A DNA stretch of 64,000 nt, from NCBI GenBank assembly GCA_944332075.1, contig CALVJL010000006.1, positions 30,862-94,861 of the forward strand. Reading direction: 5' to 3'. The translations under genes were made by a program, and so were the position numbers. Positions 30,371 to 38,998 of the stretch are shown in pieces. The DNA comes from an uncultured Bacilli bacterium. Its GTDB lineage: Bacteria; Bacillota_I; Bacilli_A; RFN20; CAG-449. Numbering within the stretch: position 1 is the first letter of the stretch; every line of letters begins with the position of its first letter. The notes under the pieces are model-generated. The model did no database searches and was not told the DNA's origin. It saw only the letters and a list, made by a program, of their open reading frames with translations.

Positions 30371-31117
30371 CTATTTCTTTATAGTATTATAATATTCAAT
30401 CATCTTATCATAAACTAGTGTTTCTATATCTTTTTCTTCAATTACATCAAGAAATTTAACACTACCAATTCTAGAAACATATTTTGCAATACTTGGGTAA
30501 AAAGAAGCATTTTCAAATCCAATTTTTTCAACCGCTTTCTTTTCTCCTGATATAATTCCTCTAACCAGGTGCTTTTCTGATGAATAAACTCTCCAAGTTA
30601 AGTTTCTATATCTTTCAGGCAATTCAACAATCCACTTTGTGAGTTCAAATTTATCTTTTCTACTTTCATCGATAGTTAATGAAACTCTAAAAAAGCACCT
30701 GGAAAGAACACCAAACATTAAACCTCTTCTTATACCTTGTCCAAACATCCAGTGATCTCTAACTGTTGAAACACCTTTAATCTCCATCATCGATTTTGTA
30801 ACTTTATAAAATTTTTCAAAATATAGCCAAAGCCAAAACTTTTCATTAGTTATAATAAATGTAGGAAGATTCTTTAACGCATTATATAGAGTAACACTAT
30901 TTTGAAAATCTAATTTTTTATCTGAAGATTCTTTGTTTTCTTCAAGCACAAAATCTTCAATTTCATATTTTTTCTCAACAAATGGATAGTCTATAAATTC
31001 ATCTAATACCCATGAATTATCATCATTGTCTTTGATTTTATTAGCAATAACACCTAAGTTTCTTTTTAAATGTTCGTATGCTCTATCTGTCATCATTTTT
31101 ATATATATCTTACTCAT
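30371..31117 (-). CDS. hypothetical protein (operon partner of the Dam methyltransferase and GHKL ATPase)
   Basis: 248 aa with no recognised motif. It overlaps the upstream gene by 8 nt. Confidence 0.4.
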   Translation of the reverse strand: MSKIYIKMMTDRAYEHLKRNLGVIANKIKDNDDNSWVLDEFIDYPFVEKKYEIEDFVLEENKESSDKKLDFQNSVTLYNALKNLPTFIITNEKFWLWLYFEKFYKVTKSMMEIKGVSTVRDHWMFGQGIRRGLMFGVLSRCFFRVSLTIDESRKDKFELTKWIVELPERYRNLTWRVYSSEKHLVRGIISGEKKAVEKIGFENASFYPSIAKYVSRIGSVKFLDVIEEKDIETLVYDKMIEYYNTIKK

Positions 31118-32033
31118 TATCAGAATCCCCTTCTTTGTTGTTTTTTACAACATCTAAAATATTACATAGAGATGTTGCAAAAGGTTTTCCAAGTATTTCT
31201 TGTGCTATTTGAATTGGTGACCATTCAAGTATGTCATCTTTAGTTAATTCATGATTCTTTAATTGATTATATCGATATTTAATTGAATAAAACCATCCAT
31301 ATTGTGTACATATATCTTCAATATCACTAAATGTATCTAACTCAGTTAATTTTTTTATAGTTGTAAAAGCTTCTGTTAAAACTGGCACTAATAACATACT
31401 GAAAAACACTTCCTTAAAGCCAACAGAATTATATACAACTTTATAATTTTGATATTCATTTCTTGATAGGTAGATGTTAATTTTTTTGCCACCTTCATAT
31501 TTAACTTCATACATTCCATCTTCTTCAATATTATTATCAAAAGTAATATTAAAAATTGATTTTGCAACATTTTCTTCAGTCTCTAAGTGTTCGAATTTGG
31601 CAATAAAGCCATCATTGATAGCTATTAAATCATACTTATCGATTTCAAACTCCATTCCCTTGTATTCATCGCTGAATTCGTCTGAAAATAAAATAAAGTT
31701 TTCTTTAGCATATGCAAAGGAAGAAATTTCTACTTTACCATCAAAATCGTTTTTATCAAGCAGTATATTATTTCCATCTTCAGTGGATAATTCGTATGTT
31801 CTTCTAAAAACTGTGTACGAACATTCAATGACACATTTAACACCTATTAAACCATTTCTAAATAAATCTAAAATATAGTTACTATCTGTTTTAAATTTTA
31901 TATTTCTTAACAAAATACCATTTTTAGAATCAACACGTTCAAAAGATAATTCAAATATCTTATTAAAATATGATGAATTGATAATATTGTGATTGAGCAC
32001 AGGATATGGGAATAGCTTACTTCTGACTTGCAT
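31110..32033 (-). CDS. hypothetical protein (operon partner of the Dam methyltransferase and GHKL ATPase)
   Basis: 307 aa with no recognised motif. It overlaps the GHKL gene by 17 nt. Confidence 0.4.
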   Translation of the reverse strand: MQVRSKLFPYPVLNHNIINSSYFNKIFELSFERVDSKNGILLRNIKFKTDSNYILDLFRNGLIGVKCVIECSYTVFRRTYELSTEDGNNILLDKNDFDGKVEISSFAYAKENFILFSDEFSDEYKGMEFEIDKYDLIAINDGFIAKFEHLETEENVAKSIFNITFDNNIEEDGMYEVKYEGGKKINIYLSRNEYQNYKVVYNSVGFKEVFFSMLLVPVLTEAFTTIKKLTELDTFSDIEDICTQYGWFYSIKYRYNQLKNHELTKDDILEWSPIQIAQEILGKPFATSLCNILDVVKNNKEGDSDNE

Positions 32034-33966
32034 AAATTCTTACCTCACTTGCAAAATAATCATTTTGATTAGTTTTAACATCAAGATTAATTCTCTGCCC
32101 GTCTATAATATGAAATGGGCCATAATCTTTATTACTTATTGAAGAAATAGGTACTCCGTTACATGTCATACTTAATATTTCAATATTTTCTTTATTAGTT
32201 ATTTCATCTTGAATCATTATTAAATTCAAATAACAATTTTCATACGATTTTGGTGCAATAAAACTAATTCTGTACTTTCCTGATTTTTTATCTAAAGCTA
32301 TTACTTTATAACGAATTCCAGCAAGGTTTACTTTTTGCATCACTATATTGTCGCCATCTTTAACTCCGGAAGTTTCGTCTCCTTCGCCATATCCGCCACC
32401 ACTAGTATCATTGTGTCCTTCCGGATGTAAAGTATCTTCACCTTCCTCTATAGAACTTCCAACATCTGGTCGTACACCTTCGCCATCATCTTGTTCAATA
32501 TAAGCATTTCTTTCAATTTGTTTAACTTCTTTAAATGGCGAAACTTCAATTTCTTCTAAACTATTATTTTGCTTAATAGCATTATTTGTTCCTTCAATAT
32601 CAGAGACGTCTGGTAAAAATTCCCCAGCCCCATATGGATCAATTGTATTAGTATCGTCTGTCTTAAAACATTCTAAAACATATTTATCAATTTGAGATTT
32701 AATATCAGAAATGATAAAAGCCATTTCATCACGTTCAGGTTTTGGTAATCTCTTTGGTTCCCAACTATTGTGTTGTGGATTTTCAATATTTCTTAATTTT
32801 TTACCTAATTGATCTTCTCCAATAATCAATAATGCTGACACATTGAAGTTCCTTGCCAATGGATAATCAAAAATCTTCATGTATGGATATCTAATAATTG
32901 AACATTTATGAGTTGCAATCCATTTATCATCTTCTGATAACACCATAACATATAGCTCTGCCTTACCATAAGGTGTATCAATATCAAAAGTTTTAACATT
33001 ATCCATGTCATTAGATAAAATCTTATATTGTGATAATAAATAAGGTTTTTTCTTATAGTTGACAAATGTTTGATTGTTAATAACATCCAAAAGTGTATCT
33101 TTTTTTATTTCTATATTGGAAATCTTAATAATTAAATTATTTTTAAATATGCTTACCATAAATGATTCGAGTACACTATTTAATATTTCAATTGACCAAT
33201 CATTTTCTTTATTTAGACCCAATATAAAAATATCTGTGCCGTATTGTTCTGATCTTCTAAAAAAATCACAGTCCAAAGAGCATAAATCAGTCAAAGGATC
33301 ATTTATTTCATTTCTTGTGTAATAGCCTTTTCCTTGAGTATAATCTCTGTTTGGATTTTCAACATCATCATCACAATAACCAGAAATTAAGTCGGCTACA
33401 CCAACTGAACCTTTTTCATTATCTTTTGTTATAGTTGAGTAAAAAATCATTGATAACTTAGATAGCAAAAATGCGGCATTTTTACCAACACCTTTTGAGC
33501 CACCAGCATTATCATTAGATTTATCTGAAACGCCTGTAGATCTTGTTAATGCCAAAAAGTTGTTATTTTGTCCATCATTAACTCTACTAATCCCAGTTAA
33601 TCCCGTTGTATTAAAATCACTAATTCTTAAACACTCAATTTTAGGGCAATTAAGATAATTAAGTATCTTGTTGTATTCCTGATAGAATTTTGGTTGAGAG
33701 TCTTTCCAATATTCCATGCATCTTCTAATTGCAGTTTTATAACCACCAATATCTGGAATATCATTTGGATTAATCTTAAACAATTTAAATTCTACAGTCA
33801 CTGGTTCTTCATCAGAAAATCTAGCATCTATTGAATTTTGTATAATTTCACGACCGAAGTTACCAAAAGGATTCTTTTTAAATGTTTCTGTATCACCAGA
33901 AGTCATTCCAGTTCTCTCACCATGATTACTAGGAGCAAATCTCCATTTTAAATTATCTTTTTCCAT
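32017..33966 (-). CDS. GHKL-superfamily ATPase, MORC/Hsp90/MutL-like
   Basis: N-terminal Bergerat-fold motif I ETFKKNPFGNFGREIIQNSIDA, near-identical in pattern to the Hsp90 ETF...REL(I/V)SNASDA motif. Glycine-rich SKGVGKNAAF follows. The remaining roughly 400 aa are uncharacterised. Confidence 0.6.
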   Translation of the reverse strand: MEKDNLKWRFAPSNHGERTGMTSGDTETFKKNPFGNFGREIIQNSIDARFSDEEPVTVEFKLFKINPNDIPDIGGYKTAIRRCMEYWKDSQPKFYQEYNKILNYLNCPKIECLRISDFNTTGLTGISRVNDGQNNNFLALTRSTGVSDKSNDNAGGSKGVGKNAAFLLSKLSMIFYSTITKDNEKGSVGVADLISGYCDDDVENPNRDYTQGKGYYTRNEINDPLTDLCSLDCDFFRRSEQYGTDIFILGLNKENDWSIEILNSVLESFMVSIFKNNLIIKISNIEIKKDTLLDVINNQTFVNYKKKPYLLSQYKILSNDMDNVKTFDIDTPYGKAELYVMVLSEDDKWIATHKCSIIRYPYMKIFDYPLARNFNVSALLIIGEDQLGKKLRNIENPQHNSWEPKRLPKPERDEMAFIISDIKSQIDKYVLECFKTDDTNTIDPYGAGEFLPDVSDIEGTNNAIKQNNSLEEIEVSPFKEVKQIERNAYIEQDDGEGVRPDVGSSIEEGEDTLHPEGHNDTSGGGYGEGDETSGVKDGDNIVMQKVNLAGIRYKVIALDKKSGKYRISFIAPKSYENCYLNLIMIQDEITNKENIEILSMTCNGVPISSISNKDYGPFHIIDGQRINLDVKTNQNDYFASEVRIYASQK

Positions 33967-33980
33967 AATTTATCACCTTT

Positions 33981-34202
33981 CTATAATTCAATTTTCTTAT
34001 TTTTCTTTTCATTATTTTTTAAAAGTATTTTTTTGCTTTTTTTCAACTCTTCCTCGAGTTCTTTAAACATATTTTCTATTTGACTATCTGAATATTCATA
34101 GAAAGATGTGTTTGTAAGATTTGTCAGTTGTTTTATCAAAGCAATGATTTTTGAGACCCTATTTTCTGAAATACGTTTAAAATTAGATTTTTTACTTTCC
34201 AT
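33981..34202 (-). CDS. small charged/coiled-coil protein, hypothetical
   Basis: 73 aa, K/E-rich. First gene of the apparent operon. Confidence 0.3.
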   Translation of the reverse strand: MESKKSNFKRISENRVSKIIALIKQLTNLTNTSFYEYSDSQIENMFKELEEELKKSKKILLKNNEKKNKKIEL

Positions 34203-34307
34203 TTGTTATACCTCAATTAGATTATAATATTGGAAAATATAAGAAATCAATAATAGATTGATAATATTTTGGTAATATTTTTAAATTATTTTAAATTTAC
34301 ATATGTT

Positions 34308-35051
34308 TTATTTTAATCTTTGCCTATAAAAATCATCAAGCAAACTCAAAGAAATACGATAATTTTTCAAATTTTTTGGTTTATTTATTAATATACGTTT
34401 CAATTGTTCAATAATTTCATCGCGCATCTTTGAAAAAATATAATAATCATCTAAGACAAGTATATTGTCATATCCTTTCTTTATATATAATTTTGGACAT
34501 ATTTTTTGATTAATTGCTATTAACTTTTGCGCAATAAAATTTATTTCCTCTTGTGAGTATGAATGCGTAAAACTTACGTACTCTTTAAAATCTTTTATTG
34601 TCTTTTCTTCATAGTAATCAAGTACTTCTCTTTTTTCACCTTTAGGCATCCGATGAATATACAATTCACATGTAGAAAGATCGACATTCCATTCTTTAAG
34701 CAAAAGCTGAATTGTCCAAAGCGAATGAATCGATGTATGATTAACATTTATAAAAAGTCCATAATCAAACTCCTTGTAATTACTCTTTTGCACTTCAGAA
34801 AAAACATCTTGTCTTCCCCAATCATTTTTTATATTCAAAAGTTCTTCTTTTGATTTAGGTGACAGCTTATTTAAGTATTTTGCCAAGGAATATATCATGT
34901 TGTTATAGGATCCAACTTTATGATAGTAAGTCCCAACTTTTATTGAATAAGGTGAAGAAAATTCAAAGCCAAACTCTCTAGTAGATAAGTCAACTTTATA
35001 GACTCTTTTACTGCCAATATATTTTATTTTGTATTTTTCTTCTATTGTCAT
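34308..35051 (-). CDS. hypothetical protein
   Basis: 247-aa ORF. No motif recognised. Confidence 0.35.
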   Translation of the reverse strand: MTIEEKYKIKYIGSKRVYKVDLSTREFGFEFSSPYSIKVGTYYHKVGSYNNMIYSLAKYLNKLSPKSKEELLNIKNDWGRQDVFSEVQKSNYKEFDYGLFINVNHTSIHSLWTIQLLLKEWNVDLSTCELYIHRMPKGEKREVLDYYEEKTIKDFKEYVSFTHSYSQEEINFIAQKLIAINQKICPKLYIKKGYDNILVLDDYYIFSKMRDEIIEQLKRILINKPKNLKNYRISLSLLDDFYRQRLK

Positions 35052-35457
35052 AATTTTCCCACTTTTCTTTTAATTATCACTTTTTAATAATGATATTTAC
35101 CCCACTATTGATTATTACTTAAATTCATTTTACCACTGCTATATCATATATCAACATGAGTTTCTTATATATTTTATTTATAAGCATTTAGTTTTAGACC
35201 ACCAAATTTACACATAGATTGATGCATTTTTTACTATACATTTTTTCAAAATGTGTGAATTTTCTAATAATCAAGCGCTGTAAATATTGATATAAAAATG
35301 CAGTTTTACGGTGAAAATGTCAGTTTTCTACAATTATTTCAACAAGTACAATATATTTATATTATAGAACATTGAAATTTGTTTTTGCTGAAGTTTAAAT
35401 TTATTATTAAAAATTATTATCAACAATATATGTACATAGAAGATATCAAAATTTATA

Positions 35458-36162
35458 TTAATTGCTTTGCCTTTTTAATTTATTTGCACATAGCACTTTC
35501 ATTACCGATTTATCATCAAATATCATATCGTTTGTATTATTTAAGCAATCAATATAATCATTCTTTATTTCTTCATATAATTCTTGATCAAATAGTTGAC
35601 AAAAAGAATTTGGTTTCCCATCTTCAATAACATCAAAAATAACAGCTAAATTACCATCGTCATCATAACAAAGATAAGAATCTTCTAGTTTTGGTAAATT
35701 ATTTTCTTTTGCATACTCTTCATACTGTTTTGCCATAATATATCTATAAATTGAAGCTATACGATGATCTAAATTATTCTCTAAAGCCACAACTTTTTCT
35801 CTAGCTAAAATTGTTGTAGTAGCACCTGTTTTTATATATAAAGATGTATCTATGTCTTTATCATTATAGTAAAAATTATAGACATCACTTAAAGATCCAA
35901 ATTGAACTATAAAGTGTTTCTTTTGATTTATATATTTTAATGGATAAGGTACAAAATGGATATGTCCGCAATAAGGGCATTTAAAAATAAACAATTCATC
36001 AAAGATAAACTTTTTTCTTAAATCATAGTCTTTATCCCCATCAATTAAATCATACACTTTAACAAAGAAGTTTCTCTTACATTCCTTACATGTCATCATT
36101 TTTATTTTACTAATCGACATTTTATTCTCCTTCATTATTTTTACATCTTTTTTTAAAGTCAT
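35458..36162 (-). CDS. zinc-ribbon protein (CxxC...CxxC), hypothetical
   Basis: CKECKRNF...CPYCGH near the N-terminus. Its 5' end overlaps the vWA gene by 41 nt. Confidence 0.45.
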   Translation of the reverse strand: MTLKKDVKIMKENKMSISKIKMMTCKECKRNFFVKVYDLIDGDKDYDLRKKFIFDELFIFKCPYCGHIHFVPYPLKYINQKKHFIVQFGSLSDVYNFYYNDKDIDTSLYIKTGATTTILAREKVVALENNLDHRIASIYRYIMAKQYEEYAKENNLPKLEDSYLCYDDDGNLAVIFDVIEDGKPNSFCQLFDQELYEEIKNDYIDCLNNTNDMIFDDKSVMKVLCANKLKRQSN

Positions 36163-36781
36163 TATCTATTGTTTTTCTCCAAGCACTTGAGAGCTTTTTA
36201 TCAATTCTTAAAGAATCAATAGCAAAGCCTAATGCACAATAATTTAATGAAACCCCGCTGCTATCATTTTTATAATTGACCGCTTGTTTTTTATCAATTC
36301 CTAATCTAGATGCTTCTTCTTCTAAATCAATGTTTGCTCCGATAAAAATAAACTCATAACCATTTTTCTCTTTTGATTCTGATATCATCTTTTTAATAGT
36401 GGGGTAATCATATTCTTTTGAAGAATTTTCCATTCCGTCTGTAACAATCATGAATAATGTCTTACTTGGACGTTCTTTCTCTGTTAATGAGCTCTGCACA
36501 TTTTTAATATGATTAATTGTTTCGCCAATGGCATCTAGCAAGGCTGTGCAGCCAGATACTCGGTATTCTTTATTTGTTAATTCTTTTATATCTTTGATAT
36601 TGACTCTATCATCAATAACATTTATCGAATCATTAAAAAGTATAGTCGAAACAATAGTATCTAAATTATTTTTTTGCTTTTCAATTAAAGAATTAAAACC
36701 GTTAATCGTTTCTTTTTCTAGCCCAGCCATTGATCCGCTTTTATCAATGATAAAAACTAATTCAGTTAAATTTTCGTTCAT
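36122..36781 (-). CDS. von Willebrand factor type A (vWA) domain protein
   Basis: MIDAS motif DKSGSM (DxSxS), with the conserved T (TALLDAIG) and D (VTDGMEN). Confidence 0.75.
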   Translation of the reverse strand: MNENLTELVFIIDKSGSMAGLEKETINGFNSLIEKQKNNLDTIVSTILFNDSINVIDDRVNIKDIKELTNKEYRVSGCTALLDAIGETINHIKNVQSSLTEKERPSKTLFMIVTDGMENSSKEYDYPTIKKMISESKEKNGYEFIFIGANIDLEEEASRLGIDKKQAVNYKNDSSGVSLNYCALGFAIDSLRIDKKLSSAWRKTIDNDFKKRCKNNEGE

Positions 36782-36954
36782 GATTTACTCCTTTTAGATA
36801 GTAAAACTATCTATTATGATATTAGTTAAAATCAGACTGAATTTGGTAACTTTGAAAACGACTTTGATATAAGTTAAATCATTATTAAAACTAACTTTTT
36901 CATAAAAAATGCAACCAGACCTAAATCTGATTGCTTATAAAAAAATAACTCTTT

Positions 36955-37437
36955 TTATTTAAAAATTCTTAACTTTAATTTATCTAACACGATATTTAAA
37001 TCCATCATGCTGTATTCTTTATTCTCAATAAAATATTCAACTACTAATTCCCTTTTAATTGATGGCGATAAAGTGTATCCAGCCATATTTAACAAATTTA
37101 AAGTTTCATCAATGTTTAGCTTTAAACCAATACATAACCTAATCGCTGTATCTTTATCAGGGTGATAATTCTCATCACTTCTAATTTTAGAAAATGTTTG
37201 TTTAGTTACTCCGCAACGTTTATAAACATCTGAATCTTTATATCCTTTTTTATCGATAAGTGCAAATAAGGCCTCTTGCCAGGTCTTAGATTTTCTTGCC
37301 AAAATTCTTTTCTTTAATTCTTCAAATTCCTCAAAATCACATCCATTGACTGGCATTTCATTTTTATGATTGCGATGGACAAAATTCTCATCTATATATT
37401 GTTTTATTTGTAATAATTTTTTGTCAGAGATGCTCAT
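36955..37437 (-). CDS. helix-turn-helix DNA-binding protein
   Basis: GVTKQTFSKIRSDENYHPDKDTAIRLCIGLKL matches an HTH_3-like helix-turn-helix. Confidence 0.45.
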   Translation of the reverse strand: MSISDKKLLQIKQYIDENFVHRNHKNEMPVNGCDFEEFEELKKRILARKSKTWQEALFALIDKKGYKDSDVYKRCGVTKQTFSKIRSDENYHPDKDTAIRLCIGLKLNIDETLNLLNMAGYTLSPSIKRELVVEYFIENKEYSMMDLNIVLDKLKLRIFK

Positions 37438-37551
37438 ATTATATTCTCCCCTTATTCATTATAAATATAATTACTTTATATTTCTCATATAAATTATAAT
37501 CAAAGAAATACAAAAATATTGTAAGATTTTTGATTAATTCTTGTATTACTA

Positions 37552-38115
37552 TTAAAAATTATCACCTAAATCTTGATAATTAAAATCTCTATTTTTCACA
37601 TTTTTTGAATAACGTGCTTCAAAAGGATTTACATAAAATTCTGTATGAAAATCAATATTCAATTTTTCTAGCAAACTTTCAAGATTAATCAGTAATTTCG
37701 TAAATTCTAAATATGATATTTTTCGATTAAATATATCATCATATATACTTATTAATTCTTTTAATGCTTCATCATCTTTATCATTGTTATACTTTTCATG
37801 CATAAAAATAGCCTCTTTTAATGAATAATATTTATCTTCAATCTCATCAAACTCAATAAATAATGTATTTATTAAATAAGTTGGAATTAATAATTCAAAT
37901 AGATATTTACAAAGATCTTCAATAGACTCTGAGTGAATCCAATCTTCAACAAATGGTGAACACATAAATGGTGGAATATTCATTACATCTATCGTATAAA
38001 AAACCATAATACTATTTTCATTTATTTTCACATGAGCATTTTTATCTATTAAATCTAAACTTTCCATATATCGCCTTTCTTTATTAACTAATAAGCAAAC
38101 CGATAAGAGAAACAC
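37552..38115 (-). CDS. hypothetical protein; the annotated GTG start lies inside an inverted repeat, so the real start is probably the internal ATG
   Basis: 187-aa ORF. MESLDL... begins 16 codons in and follows an aaagaaagg RBS. Confidence 0.3.
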   Translation of the reverse strand: MFLLSVCLLVNKERRYMESLDLIDKNAHVKINENSIMVFYTIDVMNIPPFMCSPFVEDWIHSESIEDLCKYLFELLIPTYLINTLFIEFDEIEDKYYSLKEAIFMHEKYNNDKDDEALKELISIYDDIFNRKISYLEFTKLLINLESLLEKLNIDFHTEFYVNPFEARYSKNVKNRDFNYQDLGDNF

Positions 38116-38998
38116 TCGATTATGACTTGTAACAATAGGGAAGAAGGAAAAAACATGTTTCTCTTATCGATTTACAAATGAATTATATAAAACAAAAGAA
38201 TTAGATTGGTCACCATCAAAGCGACTTCATCTAATTCTTTTAAAATATTAGTATGACATTTAAATATATCATAACTTCTATATGCATATCGAATGTTTAT
38301 AAAGAAGAACTATTTTGGGCAAGTTTAATAGTAAATCCTACAATATTTTCACCAAGCTTCAGGCATTTACCATTAAAAATATCACCAATTTCTAAAATAT
38401 GTTTTTTATTATCATAAAATCTATTGCTCAAAGACTGTTTTCCATTCATTTTCTAGTTCATTTTGATTTTTATATTTTTTACTATAACCCCTTATATTTT
38501 GAGGTAACAAAATAATATTTGTCTTTTGACACGATTATCGATGCGCACCATTTCTCGTTTTCATCAAGAGAAAGCATATTGTCTATCATAATGACATTAG
38601 AAATCATGTTTGTTTATGCACAATTTATGTATTAAGTATAGATTCTACGCACGATTTTTGTCTCTTTTAGCACCGATTACAAGGTTATGGTTTATATCTG
38701 TATAACCAAGAAACGATTGTAATTAAGCATAAAATCATCTTTCTCACATTTTATGAGCGAATAAATACGTTTTTATCACATTTTATGAGCTAATTAAGAT
38801 AAAAATTTATTTTACTAATAAGATAACCATGTATTTATATACTTTAACCATACAAAATAATTACAAGTAAGACCTACACATAAAAAATTTATAAAATTTT
38901 TATGATTATTGATCATATAAGCTTTACCACTAGTATAAACATAAAACTTCATCATATTTTTGATATTTCTTCTTTCTTTGAAACCATATTGAAAAATA

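Noticed and set aside
35379-35630. Plus-strand 83-aa ORF in the AT-rich gap downstream of the zinc-ribbon gene
   Set aside because: Tyr/Ile/Leu-rich translation of AT-rich DNA. It overlaps the 3' end of a supported minus-strand gene. No RBS.
23143-38998. Interpretation of the accessory block as a prophage or ICE
   Set aside because: No integrase, recombinase, terminase, capsid, tail, relaxase or T4SS genes are present. There is no flanking tRNA and no long direct repeats. The gene content is defence-like instead.
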